NCBI GenBank assembly: GCA_963662715.1
Contig: OY759724.1
Location: 1,860,001 to 1,892,000, forward strand
From: Candidatus Omnitrophota bacterium
GTDB lineage: Bacteria; Omnitrophota; Gorgyraeia; Zapsychrales; JANLHA01
DNA length: 32,000 bases
Reading direction: 5' to 3'
Shown here: positions 1 through 9,434 of the stretch, piece after piece
Layout of the letters: every line of letters starts with the position of its first letter
Position numbering within the stretch: the first letter of the stretch is position 1
Notes under the pieces: model-generated
Told to the model about the DNA's origin: nothing
Databases searched by the model: none
What the model saw: the letters and a program-made list of their open reading frames with translations, nothing else
Translations under genes and position numbers: made by a program

Positions 1-84
1 TGAAGGTCGACCTGAAGAAACTGAAAAAGACCGGAGACGCATAATCAACCTCACGACGATGCTAGACAAAGGAAACGATGTTTT

Positions 85-690
85 ATGAGACATGGAATCG
101 CAGGAAATAGGTTGGGAAGGAATTCAAGCTGGCGAAAAGCGACCATTCGGGATATTGCCAAAGCGACACTGCTCCGCGAGAAAATCTGTACGACCAAGGC
201 CAAAGCCAAAGAATCTCGCAAATTGGTTGACCGATTGATTACCATGGGAAAGAAGGGTACGTTAGCCCACAAAAGACGGGCTTTTGCTGTCCTTTGCGAT
301 CATAAACTCGTGAGCGAATTATTTAATAACATTGCTCCGCGTTTTCAGCTGCGGCGAGGCGGATACACCCGCATTATTCCTTTAGCTCTGGGGCGCCGGG
401 GCGACAATGCAGAGATGGTTTTTTTAGAACTCACCGAAAAGAAGCCGGTGCCTGTGGGGAAACCCAAGAAATCTTTATCATCAAAGAAGAAAAAAGCAGC
501 TTCTGATAAAGAGACGGCTCCTCCCGTTGATCCAAAATCCGACTCAATGACGGCCGGAAAAACCAAGTTTAAACCCCCGAAGTCAGTCCAGGAATCCACC
601 AAACAAGAAAAGAAGGAAAAGGGCAAGACAGAGAAGAAGTCCATGGGGGGCATTAAAAAGATATTTAGAAGAAAAAAGACATCCGAATAG
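85..690 (+). CDS. rplQ: 50S ribosomal protein L17 with an ~80-aa Lys-rich C-terminal extension
   Basis: The N-terminal ~118 aa (MRHGIAGNRLGRNSSWRKA...RRGGYTRIIPL..RRGDNAEMVFLEL) is canonical L17. The rest (KKPVPVGKPKK...IFRRKKTSE) is a low-complexity basic tail. Confidence 0.9.
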   Translation: MRHGIAGNRLGRNSSWRKATIRDIAKATLLREKICTTKAKAKESRKLVDRLITMGKKGTLAHKRRAFAVLCDHKLVSELFNNIAPRFQLRRGGYTRIIPLALGRRGDNAEMVFLELTEKKPVPVGKPKKSLSSKKKKAASDKETAPPVDPKSDSMTAGKTKFKPPKSVQESTKQEKKEKGKTEKKSMGGIKKIFRRKKTSE

Positions 691-707
691 TTCGAAGGGA
701 GACCATC

Positions 708-1874
708 GTGGATATTAATCGAAGGATCAAGACACTCGTCGGCTCTTCCACTCTGGCTATTACAGCTCGGGCTAAGGAACTGCGTGCGCAGGGGAAAGAC
801 GTTGTTAATTTTGCCGGAGGGGAGCCTGATTTCGATACGCCGGAAGAAATTAAACAGGCCGCTGTCCAGGCTATTCAGGAAGGCTTCACGAAATATACGC
901 CCAGCATCGGTATGCCGCAACTCCGGGAAGCCATCTCGGAAAAATTAAAGAGAGAAAATAACCTGCCATATTCCCCCGCTCAAATCGCTGTCTCCTGCGG
1001 GGCAAAACATTCCCTTTTCGGCATCATTCAAGTTTTGGTTGATGACGGAGATGATGTCCTGATCCCTTCTCCTTATTGGGTGAGTTATCCGGAAATGGTT
1101 AAGGCCGCGGGGGGCGTGCCGCACTTCGTCCCTACGGATGCTTCGACACAATTTAAGCTCAACGTCGCATTGCTGGAAAAACATATATCAGCGAAGACAA
1201 AAGTCCTTGTTTTAAATTCCCCGTCCAACCCCACGGGCATGCTTTACAGCGAAGACCAGCTTCGTCCGATCGTCGATTGTTGCGTCAAACATAATATATG
1301 GATCATCAGTGACGAGATTTACGAAAAACTGGTTTATGACGGGGCTCCTTTCACGTCCGTCGCCGCTTTAGGAGACAAGGCCTATGAACGGACCATTACC
1401 GTTAACGGGATGTCCAAAGCGTTTTCCATGACCGGATGGCGCATTGGATACTGTGCGTCCGGCTCGGAGGAGCTGATCGGTTATCTTAAGAAATTTCAGG
1501 ATCATTCGACGTCCAATCCGTGCTCGATCAGCCAGAAGGCGGCTCTCCAGGCCCTTAAATCTCCTGCGGAGACTATTCTGGCGATGAAAGAGGAGTTTGA
1601 GAGCCGGCGCAATCTTATTATGTCGCTTATGGATGATGTTCCGGAGGTCACGTATATCAAGCCGGAAGGCGCTTTTTATCTTTTCTGTGATTTCTCTTCT
1701 CTCGGGGATTCCTTTTCTGTTGCAAAAAGTATTTTGAATGACGTAAATGTTGCGCTTATCCCCGGGGAGGGATTTGGCGCCCCGGGTTTTATGCGTTTAA
1801 GTTTTTCCACGTCTCAGGAAAGAATTCGTGAAGGGGTCAAACGTATTGCGGACTGGACAGCCAAGAACCGTTAG
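708..1874 (+). CDS. PLP-dependent class I aminotransferase (aspartate aminotransferase-like)
   Basis: 388-aa ORF with a GTG start preceded by AAGGGAG. Motifs: GEPDF, SPSNPTG, and the PLP-lysine motif NGMSKAFSMTGWRIGY. Confidence 0.85.
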   Translation: MDINRRIKTLVGSSTLAITARAKELRAQGKDVVNFAGGEPDFDTPEEIKQAAVQAIQEGFTKYTPSIGMPQLREAISEKLKRENNLPYSPAQIAVSCGAKHSLFGIIQVLVDDGDDVLIPSPYWVSYPEMVKAAGGVPHFVPTDASTQFKLNVALLEKHISAKTKVLVLNSPSNPTGMLYSEDQLRPIVDCCVKHNIWIISDEIYEKLVYDGAPFTSVAALGDKAYERTITVNGMSKAFSMTGWRIGYCASGSEELIGYLKKFQDHSTSNPCSISQKAALQALKSPAETILAMKEEFESRRNLIMSLMDDVPEVTYIKPEGAFYLFCDFSSLGDSFSVAKSILNDVNVALIPGEGFGAPGFMRLSFSTSQERIREGVKRIADWTAKNR

Positions 1875-1943
1875 TCCGTGCTTCCCGCGAATTTCATGTC
1901 CGTCTGAATATAATGGAAATCAAAATTAGCCAAAGGAGCCGAT

Positions 1944-3005
1944 ATGGAGTTAAGAGATCTTCTTCTTTTAACAATAGAAAAAAGAGCTTCTGATTTGCAT
2001 TTAACTTATGATACGCCGCCGGTCCTGCGTATAGACGGGAAACTTGTTCTGACGAACAAGGATCCCCTGTCCCGCGATGAGTTGAAAAAAATGATATACA
2101 GTATTCTTACCGACAGCCAAAAGGAAACTTTTGAGCGTGAACGGGAACTGGATTTTTCTCTGGCCTTATCGGGAATGGACCGCTTCCGTGTCAATGTGCA
2201 CTTGCAGCGCGGAGCGGCTGAAGCGGCCTTCCGGCGTATTCCGATTTTTATCCCGAATATGGAGGAGCTGGGCCTTCCCCCTGTTATTGTTGACTTTGCC
2301 CGCAAGCCGAACGGGCTGGTGCTCATCACCGGACCTACGGGAACCGGAAAAACAACGACGTTGGCCTCGATGATCAACTTGATTAATGAGGAACGGGAAG
2401 AACTGATTATCATGATCGAGGACCCTATTGAGTATGTCCATTTTAATAAAAAGTCCATTATCAAACAGCGAGAAGTCTTCCGGGACACCAACTCTTTCGC
2501 CGAAGCGCTCAAGCGCTGCCTGCGCCAGGACCCGGATGTTATCGTCGTGGGGGAGATGCGTGATTTGGAAACGATTTCTACGGCTTTGACGGCTGCCGAA
2601 ACCGGACATTTGGTCTTGGCGACGCTGCATACTCCGGATGCTCCGCAGACGATAGAACGTATTATCGATGCGTTCCCGCCTCATCAGCAACAGCAGGTTA
2701 AGCTGCAGCTTTCCTCGGCCTTGCAGGGTGTCGCTTCTCAGATTTTGTTGCCGCGGGCTGACGGACAGGGGCGTGTTCTGGCTACGGAAATCATGGTCGC
2801 AACCCCGGGTGTCAGGAATTTGATCCGTGAACAGGCCATTGAACAGCTTCCTACGGCCATACAGACCGGAAGTTCTTACGGTATGCATACGATGGACAAA
2901 TCATTGCAGCGGTTGTATCAGGACGGCGAGATCACTTATGAAACCGCCATGGTGTATGTTAAGAATAAAGAAGAGTTTGCTCAATTATTAGATAAATCAA
3001 ACTAG
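1944..3005 (+). CDS. pilT: Type IV pilus retraction (twitching motility) ATPase PilT
   Basis: 353 aa, the typical PilT length. Walker A GPTGTGKTTT, Walker B-like IIMIEDPIEY, and VGEMRDLETI...LATLHT signature. RBS AAAGGAG. Confidence 0.9.
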   Translation: MELRDLLLLTIEKRASDLHLTYDTPPVLRIDGKLVLTNKDPLSRDELKKMIYSILTDSQKETFERERELDFSLALSGMDRFRVNVHLQRGAAEAAFRRIPIFIPNMEELGLPPVIVDFARKPNGLVLITGPTGTGKTTTLASMINLINEEREELIIMIEDPIEYVHFNKKSIIKQREVFRDTNSFAEALKRCLRQDPDVIVVGEMRDLETISTALTAAETGHLVLATLHTPDAPQTIERIIDAFPPHQQQQVKLQLSSALQGVASQILLPRADGQGRVLATEIMVATPGVRNLIREQAIEQLPTAIQTGSSYGMHTMDKSLQRLYQDGEITYETAMVYVKNKEEFAQLLDKSN

Positions 3006-3023
3006 GAAAGGTTCGTATTTTTT

Positions 3024-4106
3024 ATGTCTATACCTGTTACATTACTGCCAGGAGATGGTATCGGCCCGGAAGTGTCTTCGGCCATGCGCAAATGCGTGGA
3101 TGCCACAGGCGTTGACATCGCCTGGGAAGAACATCCCGTGGGTGAATTTGCGGTCAAACAATTTGGAACCCCTTTGCCTGATGAAGCTGTCGAGTCGATC
3201 CGGAAGAATAAGGTTGCTATTAAGGGGCCGATTGTCACTCCGGTCGGGTCAGGCTTCCGTTCCGTGAACGTCCAGTTGCGACAGGTCTTGGATTTGTTTG
3301 CCTGCGTACGCCCGGCGAAATATTATAAAGGGACAAAAGCGGTTAATCCTCACGTGGACATTGTTATCTTCAGAGAGAACACGGAAGATCTGTATGCCGG
3401 AATAGAATTTGAGCTCGGAAGCGATTCCGCCAAACATTTGATCTCCGAAATCAACGGCCTGCAGGAAAAGACCATCAGGGATGATTCGGCCATATCGATT
3501 AAGCCGATCTCGGTTTCCGGCTCAAGGCGTATTGTCAAATTTGCATTTGAATATGCTGTAAAAAATAATAGGAAGAAAGTGAGCGCGGTTCATAAAGCGA
3601 ATATCATGAAATATACGGACGGACTTTTTCTGCAGACAGCCAGGGAAGTCGCCCGTGAATATGAAGGCAAGGTTGAATTTGAGGATGTCATCGTGGATAA
3701 TATGTGCATGCAGCTTGTCCAGCGGCCGGAATGGTATGATGTCCTCGTTTTGCCGAATTTGTACGGAGATATTGTTTCTGACTTGTGCGCCGGGCTTGTC
3801 GGCGGTTTGGGCATCGCTCCGGGGGCCAATATCGGGGACGGGGTGGCTTTGTTTGAACCTGTCCATGGTTCAGCGCCGAAACACGCGGGCAAGAATAAAG
3901 TTAACCCCACGGCTACGATATTATCCGGCGTTATGATGCTTCGTTATTTGAACAAACAGGATGAAGCGAATCGTTTAGAGGAGGCCGTTAAAGAGGTTAT
4001 TCGGGAAGGAAAGGATGTTACCTACGATCTTAAGCCTCAGCGCGATGATCCTTCTGCCGTTGGCACACAAGAGATGGCTGAAGCGATTATCCGTAAGCTG
4101 AGTTAA
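3024..4106 (+). CDS. icd: Isocitrate dehydrogenase (isocitrate/isopropylmalate dehydrogenase family)
   Basis: Motifs [24 protein letters not shown] and [27 protein letters not shown]. The YAGIE-type motif favours IDH over LeuB. Cofactor specificity is not determinable by eye. Confidence 0.8.
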   Translation: MSIPVTLLPGDGIGPEVSSAMRKCVDATGVDIAWEEHPVGEFAVKQFGTPLPDEAVESIRKNKVAIKGPIVTPVGSGFRSVNVQLRQVLDLFACVRPAKYYKGTKAVNPHVDIVIFRENTEDLYAGIEFELGSDSAKHLISEINGLQEKTIRDDSAISIKPISVSGSRRIVKFAFEYAVKNNRKKVSAVHKANIMKYTDGLFLQTAREVAREYEGKVEFEDVIVDNMCMQLVQRPEWYDVLVLPNLYGDIVSDLCAGLVGGLGIAPGANIGDGVALFEPVHGSAPKHAGKNKVNPTATILSGVMMLRYLNKQDEANRLEEAVKEVIREGKDVTYDLKPQRDDPSAVGTQEMAEAIIRKLS

Positions 4107-4144
4107 GCGTGTCCTGAAATTCGTTTTTAGCTAAATCTTTTCGG

Positions 4145-4190
4145 CCCCGGCCAAGGCCAGATACGCACCTTGGCTCGGGGTTATTTTATT
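4145..4190 (+). terminator. Rho-independent terminator after icd
   Basis: 12-bp GC-rich stem (CCCCGGCCAAGG / CCTTGGC-t-CGGGG, one bulge) with an 11-nt loop, followed by TTATTTTATT. Confidence 0.6.
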
Positions 4191-4198
4191 GCTTAACG

Positions 4199-4867
4199 AT
4201 GATGAATGAAAAGACGACCCTCGGTCAAATCCGGACGGAGGACTGGGGACTTATTGATTACCGGGATGCCTATGAACGTCAAAAGAAGCTTGCTCAGGAG
4301 GTGGGGCGGGGGCACGATTCCTGTCTTGTCCTTTGTGAACATCCCCCTGTTTTGACTCTTGGCCGACTGGCTTCAAAAAACAATATTCTGGCCCCGGGAG
4401 ATGTTTTGGCCCGTCAGGGCATGGATGTCCTTGAAATCGACCGGGGTGGGGATGTCACGTTGCATGGCCCGGGACAGCTTGTCGCTTATCCGATTATGGA
4501 TTTGAAAAACTATCGTCGTGACTTAAAGTGGTTTCTTTTCAAATTAGAGCAAGTAGCCATTGATTTCTTGAAAGATTTTGATATATTGACTTGTAGATAT
4601 GCTGGCAGGACCGGTGTTTGGATTGAATCAAAAAAGATTGCCTCTATTGGTGTTGGAGCAAAACACTGGGTTACCTTCCACGGCCTGGCCGTTAATATCA
4701 ATACAGATCTTCAGCTTTTTAATCTGATTAGGCCCTGCGGTTTAAATGTTCAGATGACGTCCCTCAAGGAGCTGAAAGGGGAAAAAATGAATATGCAGGT
4801 TGTGAAACAGCGGTGCATATATCATTTCTTGCGTCATTTTACCCGGGATGAAATCCGGAAGGTTTGA
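4199..4867 (+). CDS. lipB: Octanoyl-[ACP]:protein N-octanoyltransferase (lipoyl(octanoyl) transferase)
   Basis: Motifs EHPPVLTLGR, RGGDVTLHGPGQLVAYPI and KIASIGV (conserved Lys region). Confidence 0.9.
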   Translation: MMNEKTTLGQIRTEDWGLIDYRDAYERQKKLAQEVGRGHDSCLVLCEHPPVLTLGRLASKNNILAPGDVLARQGMDVLEIDRGGDVTLHGPGQLVAYPIMDLKNYRRDLKWFLFKLEQVAIDFLKDFDILTCRYAGRTGVWIESKKIASIGVGAKHWVTFHGLAVNINTDLQLFNLIRPCGLNVQMTSLKELKGEKMNMQVVKQRCIYHFLRHFTRDEIRKV

Positions 4868-4891
4868 AAAAAATTTTTGAAAGAGTTCATC

Positions 4892-5128
4892 ATGCAGATT
4901 ACCCTGCCAGAATTAGGAGAAGGTATTGCCGAAGCCGCTGTCGCTTTTTGGCATGTCGGTGTGGGTGATGCGGTTAAGAAAGATGATGATCTCGTGGAAT
5001 TTGTTACGGACAAAGCCACGTTTACTATCTCAGCTGAACGTGACGGTACTATTAAAGAAATTTTTTTTCAAGTGGGAGAGCAGGTCAAAATCGGAGCGCC
5101 GATTGTTCGATTGGACCCCTTGTCTTAA
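4892..5128 (+). CDS. Free-standing lipoyl-attachment domain protein (~78 aa)
   Basis: MQITLPELGEGIAEA...EFVTDKATFTISAERDGTIKEI...G matches the E2-type lipoyl domain, with the TDKA lipoyl-lysine motif rather than the EAMK biotin motif. ATG at 4892 has GAAAGAG upstream. The ORF track begins at a TTG at 4877. Confidence 0.75.
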   Translation: MQITLPELGEGIAEAAVAFWHVGVGDAVKKDDDLVEFVTDKATFTISAERDGTIKEIFFQVGEQVKIGAPIVRLDPLS

Positions 5129-6328
5129 ATGAGTTTATCTCTAACGAAGAAAGAGTCTATGGAAAAAGATAAGTGCCGGGTTCTGCTTATGTATATTACC
5201 AGAGTTTCGGGCCACCGGCAGGCAACAGTCTCCATTCAACGGGCTTTGAAGGAGTTGGCCCCGAACGTCGAAGCCCCGACCGTTAACGGTTTTGGCTACA
5301 CGTATCCGCTGCTGGATAAGGTTGTTCACCGCACGTATATGAGCGTGATTAAGCGTACACCCAAGGTGTGGGACTATTTGTATGATAATCCCAGCATTGT
5401 CAAAAAATCCGAGCCCGTTAAGAAGTATCTGCACCGCACCAGTCACGCCAAGATCGACAGGTTGTTTCAACGATATCGTCCGGACACGGTCGTCTGTACC
5501 CAGGCGTTCCCCTGCGGCATGGTTGCTGACTATAAAAGAGAGAAAAAACTGAATTTCAACTTGATTGCCGTGCTGACGGATTATGCCCCGCATTCTTACT
5601 GGCTGAATCAGGGGGTCGATTACTATATTGTGCCTTCCTCCGAAGCCAAGGAGCGTTTTATAAAAAAAGGTGTCCAGGCAGACGACATTAAGGTCTATGG
5701 AATACCGATCAAACCCAAATTTGCTGTTCAATTGGATAAAGGTCCTATCGCCCAGTATTTGGGTTTGGACCTGAAAATCCCGACAATCCTTATTATGGGG
5801 GGAGGGCAAGGGCTCGGCCCTATAAAATCCGTTGTCAATTCTCTCTGTAAGATTAAAATGCCCCTGCAGATTATTGTTTTGACGGGAACCAATAAAAAAC
5901 TGGTCAAATGGCTCGATAAAGAGGCCCGGACCTTATCCAGTCATCAGGAAGTGAAAGACAAGAAGGTTCTGTTTTATGAATTTGCGAATAATGTCGATGA
6001 GCTTATGGAGATCGCCACATTGATTATCACAAAACCGGGGGGGATGACGACCAGCGAATCTTTGGCCAAGGGGCTTCCCATGATTATTGTCAATCCGCTG
6101 CCCGGTCAGGAGATGCGCAATACAGACTATCTGCTTAAAAAAGGCATCGGTATCCGTATTGACAAGACAAGTGATATCGGGGAAGAAGTTGAGTTATTGC
6201 TCAAGTCTCCCGAGCGCTTAACGTCTATGAGTAAAGCTGCTTATGCAAGCGGCAAGCCTCATGCGGCTTTGGATATTGCAAAACTTATTTTGTCTATAGA
6301 TAATAAGACGGGCTTTGACGGCTTCTGA
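5129..6328 (+). CDS. GT28 glycosyltransferase, MGDG-synthase / UgtP-like diacylglycerol glycosyltransferase
   Basis: N-terminal SGHRQA motif of the MGDG_synth domain, MGGGQGLG, and KPGGMTTSESLAKGLPMI near the C-terminus. The start codon directly abuts the upstream stop (TAAATG). An alternative start is M11. Confidence 0.8.
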   Translation: MSLSLTKKESMEKDKCRVLLMYITRVSGHRQATVSIQRALKELAPNVEAPTVNGFGYTYPLLDKVVHRTYMSVIKRTPKVWDYLYDNPSIVKKSEPVKKYLHRTSHAKIDRLFQRYRPDTVVCTQAFPCGMVADYKREKKLNFNLIAVLTDYAPHSYWLNQGVDYYIVPSSEAKERFIKKGVQADDIKVYGIPIKPKFAVQLDKGPIAQYLGLDLKIPTILIMGGGQGLGPIKSVVNSLCKIKMPLQIIVLTGTNKKLVKWLDKEARTLSSHQEVKDKKVLFYEFANNVDELMEIATLIITKPGGMTTSESLAKGLPMIIVNPLPGQEMRNTDYLLKKGIGIRIDKTSDIGEEVELLLKSPERLTSMSKAAYASGKPHAALDIAKLILSIDNKTGFDGF

Positions 6329-6406
6329 GATGGCCTCTGGCATGAGAAGTGCGGAAGGCTTCATGGCAAGACGGTATGTTTGAAATAACTTAATATTTTT
6401 TCTGCC

Positions 6407-7321
6407 ATGTTTAAATTTATTCTTTATAAATTTGGGCAATTTCTTGTTAATCGTCTCCCCCTTAAGGTGTCGTACCGGTTGGCGACTTTTATTTCCGACC
6501 TGCATTACTATTTTTCCTTCCGTGACAGACGGACAGTCAGAAAAAACCTGCGGATTATTTGTCCCGGGAAAACCGATCTCGAACACCGGGTCCGTGAGGT
6601 CTTTCGGAATTTCGGAAAGTATCTGGTCGAATTTTTCCGCATGGCCAATGAAATTGACGATCAGTTTATCAAAGAGAGAGTCATCGCCGAGAACTTGCAT
6701 TACATTGATGAGGTGCTGAAAAAAGGCAAAGGGGCTATCCTGCTCACAGGACATATCGGGAACTGGGAGCTGGGAGGTGTTTTGTTGAGTCATATGGGCT
6801 ATCCTTCCGTGGCCATTGCTTTGCCGCATAAAGAGCGACCGGTAAATAACCTTTTTAACAAACAGCGTGAAGCCCGAGGTGTTGTTATTGTCCCTCCGCA
6901 GGCGGCTACGCGCCGTTGTTTGACGATTCTTAACCGGAATAAAATTATTGCTGTTGTGGCCGACCGCGCTTTTGGTCCTAATGGGATTGTCCTGGATTTT
7001 CTGGGGAAGAAGGCCCTTTTCCCCAAGGGGCCGGCGATATTTTCGGTCAAGACCGGCGCTCCGATTATCCCGATTTTTCTCATCCGTACCGGTGATGACC
7101 GTTTCCGGCTTATGGTGCAGAAACCCATTGACCCGGGCTGTGAGAGCAATAACGGCAGAATTGACGAAGATGTCCTGTCCGATATTATAAAAAAATATCT
7201 TCGGGTCATCGAAGGGGTTATTCTGGAATATCCTGAACAGTGGCTTATGTTCAGGGATTACAGTGTGGAAGAAACTTATAAAGTCATTCAGGAACTAAGT
7301 TTGGAGTCAACGGCCAAGTGA
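6407..7321 (+). CDS. LpxL/HtrB-family (lysophospholipid/lipid A-type) acyltransferase
   Basis: Hydrophobic N-terminal anchor, the HIGNWE catalytic motif (HX4E type), and VADR..G further on. Confidence 0.8.
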   Translation: MFKFILYKFGQFLVNRLPLKVSYRLATFISDLHYYFSFRDRRTVRKNLRIICPGKTDLEHRVREVFRNFGKYLVEFFRMANEIDDQFIKERVIAENLHYIDEVLKKGKGAILLTGHIGNWELGGVLLSHMGYPSVAIALPHKERPVNNLFNKQREARGVVIVPPQAATRRCLTILNRNKIIAVVADRAFGPNGIVLDFLGKKALFPKGPAIFSVKTGAPIIPIFLIRTGDDRFRLMVQKPIDPGCESNNGRIDEDVLSDIIKKYLRVIEGVILEYPEQWLMFRDYSVEETYKVIQELSLESTAK

Positions 7322-7989
7322 AGATTTGCCTTATCATCCCTGTTCATAATGAAATCCAACATATCGGTGCCCTGGTGGAGTCTATCAAGATAGAAGGCCT
7401 TGACAGACTTGTTATTGATGACGGCTCCTCAGATGAGTCGGGGGCAGCGGCTTCTTCCCGGGGGGCTATTGTTTTAACCAATGAGATGAAGAAGGGGAAA
7501 GGGCGTTCATTGCAGCTCGGATTTGAATATGCGCAGAGTCATCATTATGACGGTGTGATTACAATGGACGGAGACGGGCAGCATGACCCGAAGGATTTAA
7601 AACAATTCCTGGCGCTTATTGAAAAATATCCCTGTTCTGTTATTACCGGCAACCGCATGGGGGCTCATAAAGGCATGCCTTTTATCCGGGTGATAACCAA
7701 CTGGTCCATGTCCTGGCTGATTTCGCAGATCTGCCGTCAAAAAATTCCGGACACGCAGTGTGGATACCGTTACATTGGACGGGAAATTCTGGAAAAATTG
7801 CGGCTCACATCAAAAGATTTTGAAATTGAGTCCGAGGTCCTTATCCAGGCCAGTCAGTTGGGTTATAAGATTTATTCCGTGCCGATATCCACGATTTACC
7901 GTAATGAAAAAAGCAAAATCAATCCGTTTAAGGATACACTGCGTTTTTTTGCTTACCTGATGAGAGAATGGCGAAAATCCCGCAAATAA
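7318..7989 (+). CDS. GT2 glycosyltransferase (polyprenol-phosphate sugar transferase-like)
   Basis: IIPVHNE, VIDDGSSD and TMDGDGQHDP (DXD region). The GTG start overlaps the upstream stop (GTGA). Confidence 0.85.
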   Translation: MKICLIIPVHNEIQHIGALVESIKIEGLDRLVIDDGSSDESGAAASSRGAIVLTNEMKKGKGRSLQLGFEYAQSHHYDGVITMDGDGQHDPKDLKQFLALIEKYPCSVITGNRMGAHKGMPFIRVITNWSMSWLISQICRQKIPDTQCGYRYIGREILEKLRLTSKDFEIESEVLIQASQLGYKIYSVPISTIYRNEKSKINPFKDTLRFFAYLMREWRKSRK

Positions 7990-8023
7990 CTCTTTCCCGT
8001 TGTGTATTTTCCTGATAAAGTCA

Positions 8024-8052
8024 TTGCGTAATGCTGAGGGATGACGTATGAT
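8024..8052 (+). promoter_or_regulatory. Candidate sigma70-type promoter upstream of the TonB-like gene
   Basis: TTGCGT, 17-nt spacer, TATGAT. This is a consensus match only. Confidence 0.3.
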
Positions 8053-8140
8053 AAATTTGTCAGTTTTTTGTAAGAAATGGGCAAAAGAGGTTGGGATGGC
8101 GCATAAAAATGCCTTTTAACAGGATCCCGTTTTTTTTATT

Positions 8141-8836
8141 ATGAAAGAAACAAAAATATTCAGCCTTTCCATGACCACGTCCATATTGTTGCATGCTTTG
8201 GTTTTCAGCAGTTTGCTTTTTGCCCGGCTTTATTATACGGAAAACACGCCTCAGGTGATGGAGGTCGTTTATCAGCGGGCCGTTAAGGAATCTTTGCCGG
8301 CCGAGCAAGTTCAGCGTGCGATTAAACCTTTGAAAGAAGAGCCTTTTCAGCCGGAACCAAAGATTTTGACTCCTAAAGAATTGTCCAGCGTTGCGATAAA
8401 ATCACAGCAGGCCGTCAAAGAACCTATGCGGATAGCAAAGCAGAAGAAAATTCCTGTTCATTTGCCGAGTTTGAACAGCAAAAGACAGGTTGTCGTGCCT
8501 TTTTTGAGTTCTGAGAAAATTACGAATCCTAATTATGTCAATTATCAGGACCATATCCGCAATAAAATCAAGAACCAGGCTAATCATTTTGTCAATGACC
8601 CCCAATTTCAGGACGGAGAAGTTTATCTGACTTTTATTTTGCACTCGGACGGGGGGTTGAAGGATATTAAGATCATCGATCAGAAGACGCATGCCAGTGC
8701 CTTTCTGCAGAGTATTAGTATGCGGAGCATCAAAGAGTCAAGCCCGTTCCCGCCGTTCCCTTTTGAGCTTAAGTATCCGGAACTTTCCTTTAATGTGATG
8801 ATATCGTTTGTTATGAATCAAGACCAAAACAGATGA
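8141..8836 (+). CDS. TonB C-terminal-domain protein (energy transducer TonB-like)
   Basis: N-terminal TM segment (ILLHALVFSSLLF), a P/E/K-rich linker, and a C-terminal GEVYLTFILHSDGGLKDIKII...SPFPPFP resembling TonB_C. Confidence 0.7.
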   Translation: MKETKIFSLSMTTSILLHALVFSSLLFARLYYTENTPQVMEVVYQRAVKESLPAEQVQRAIKPLKEEPFQPEPKILTPKELSSVAIKSQQAVKEPMRIAKQKKIPVHLPSLNSKRQVVVPFLSSEKITNPNYVNYQDHIRNKIKNQANHFVNDPQFQDGEVYLTFILHSDGGLKDIKIIDQKTHASAFLQSISMRSIKESSPFPPFPFELKYPELSFNVMISFVMNQDQNR

Positions 8837-8911
8837 TTCTTCTGCCGGGGCTTTCCCCTGGCCGGGTGATGTCGTTTGTTTTTATGGGATCCCGGGGGCG
8901 TGTTTCATGGG

Positions 8912-8940
8912 TTGACAATAGAATATGGGTTTGCTATTTT
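8912..8940 (+). promoter_or_regulatory. Candidate sigma70-type promoter upstream of the DUF1844 gene
   Basis: TTGACA, 17-nt spacer, TATTTT, about 40 nt upstream of the ATG. This is a consensus match only. Confidence 0.35.
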
Positions 8941-8979
8941 AATCTGGTATATTAATTATTTTAAAAGGGAGATTTTTTG

Positions 8980-9405
8980 ATGACTGAGCATGAAAAGTAT
9001 GTTGATGAAGCATGGAAGGACAGCGTCACCCAGGAAAAGGAAACGCGCAAAGGAGATTCTGCTTCGGATTCCAGCCCGGTCTCCGGGGAGGCCTCTGCGC
9101 CGTCTTCCTCTGAGGACCTGGCCCAGGAAGACGAAACGCAGGACGTTGAGCTTAACTTTGTTAATTACATCACCAGCCTGATTTTTCAAGCAATGATTTT
9201 CTTGGGGGAGGTTCCTAATCCCATGAATGAAAATACGATTGAAAAAAATCCTCAACAGGCAAAATTTCTTATTGATACGCTGATTTTATTGCGTGACAAG
9301 ACAAAAGGGAATCTTACTGCGCAGGAAGACAATATTTTGAACTCGAGCATTTACGAATTGCAGATGAAATATGTCGAATGCATGAAACAACAGGATGGGG
9401 TTTAA
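8980..9405 (+). CDS. DUF1844 domain protein
   Basis: Acidic N-terminus followed by FVNYITSLIFQAMIFLGEVPNP...AKFLIDTLILLRDKTKGNLT..E...L...IYELQMKYVE, the pattern I recall for DUF1844. ATG at 8980 with AAAGGGAG 8 nt upstream. Confidence 0.7.
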   Translation: MTEHEKYVDEAWKDSVTQEKETRKGDSASDSSPVSGEASAPSSSEDLAQEDETQDVELNFVNYITSLIFQAMIFLGEVPNPMNENTIEKNPQQAKFLIDTLILLRDKTKGNLTAQEDNILNSSIYELQMKYVECMKQQDGV

Positions 9406-9434
9406 GTTAACATCACATCACAATATTCCGTCTT

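Noticed and set aside
1-88. Partial ORF at the 5' edge, expected to be the rpoA 3' end by rpoA-rplQ synteny.
   Set aside because: Two frames are open from the window edge. One ends at 44 (..KVDLKKLKKTGDA*). The other ends at 88 with an ATGA overlap onto rplQ. With 14-29 codons and no recognisable motif, I cannot choose a frame or confirm identity.
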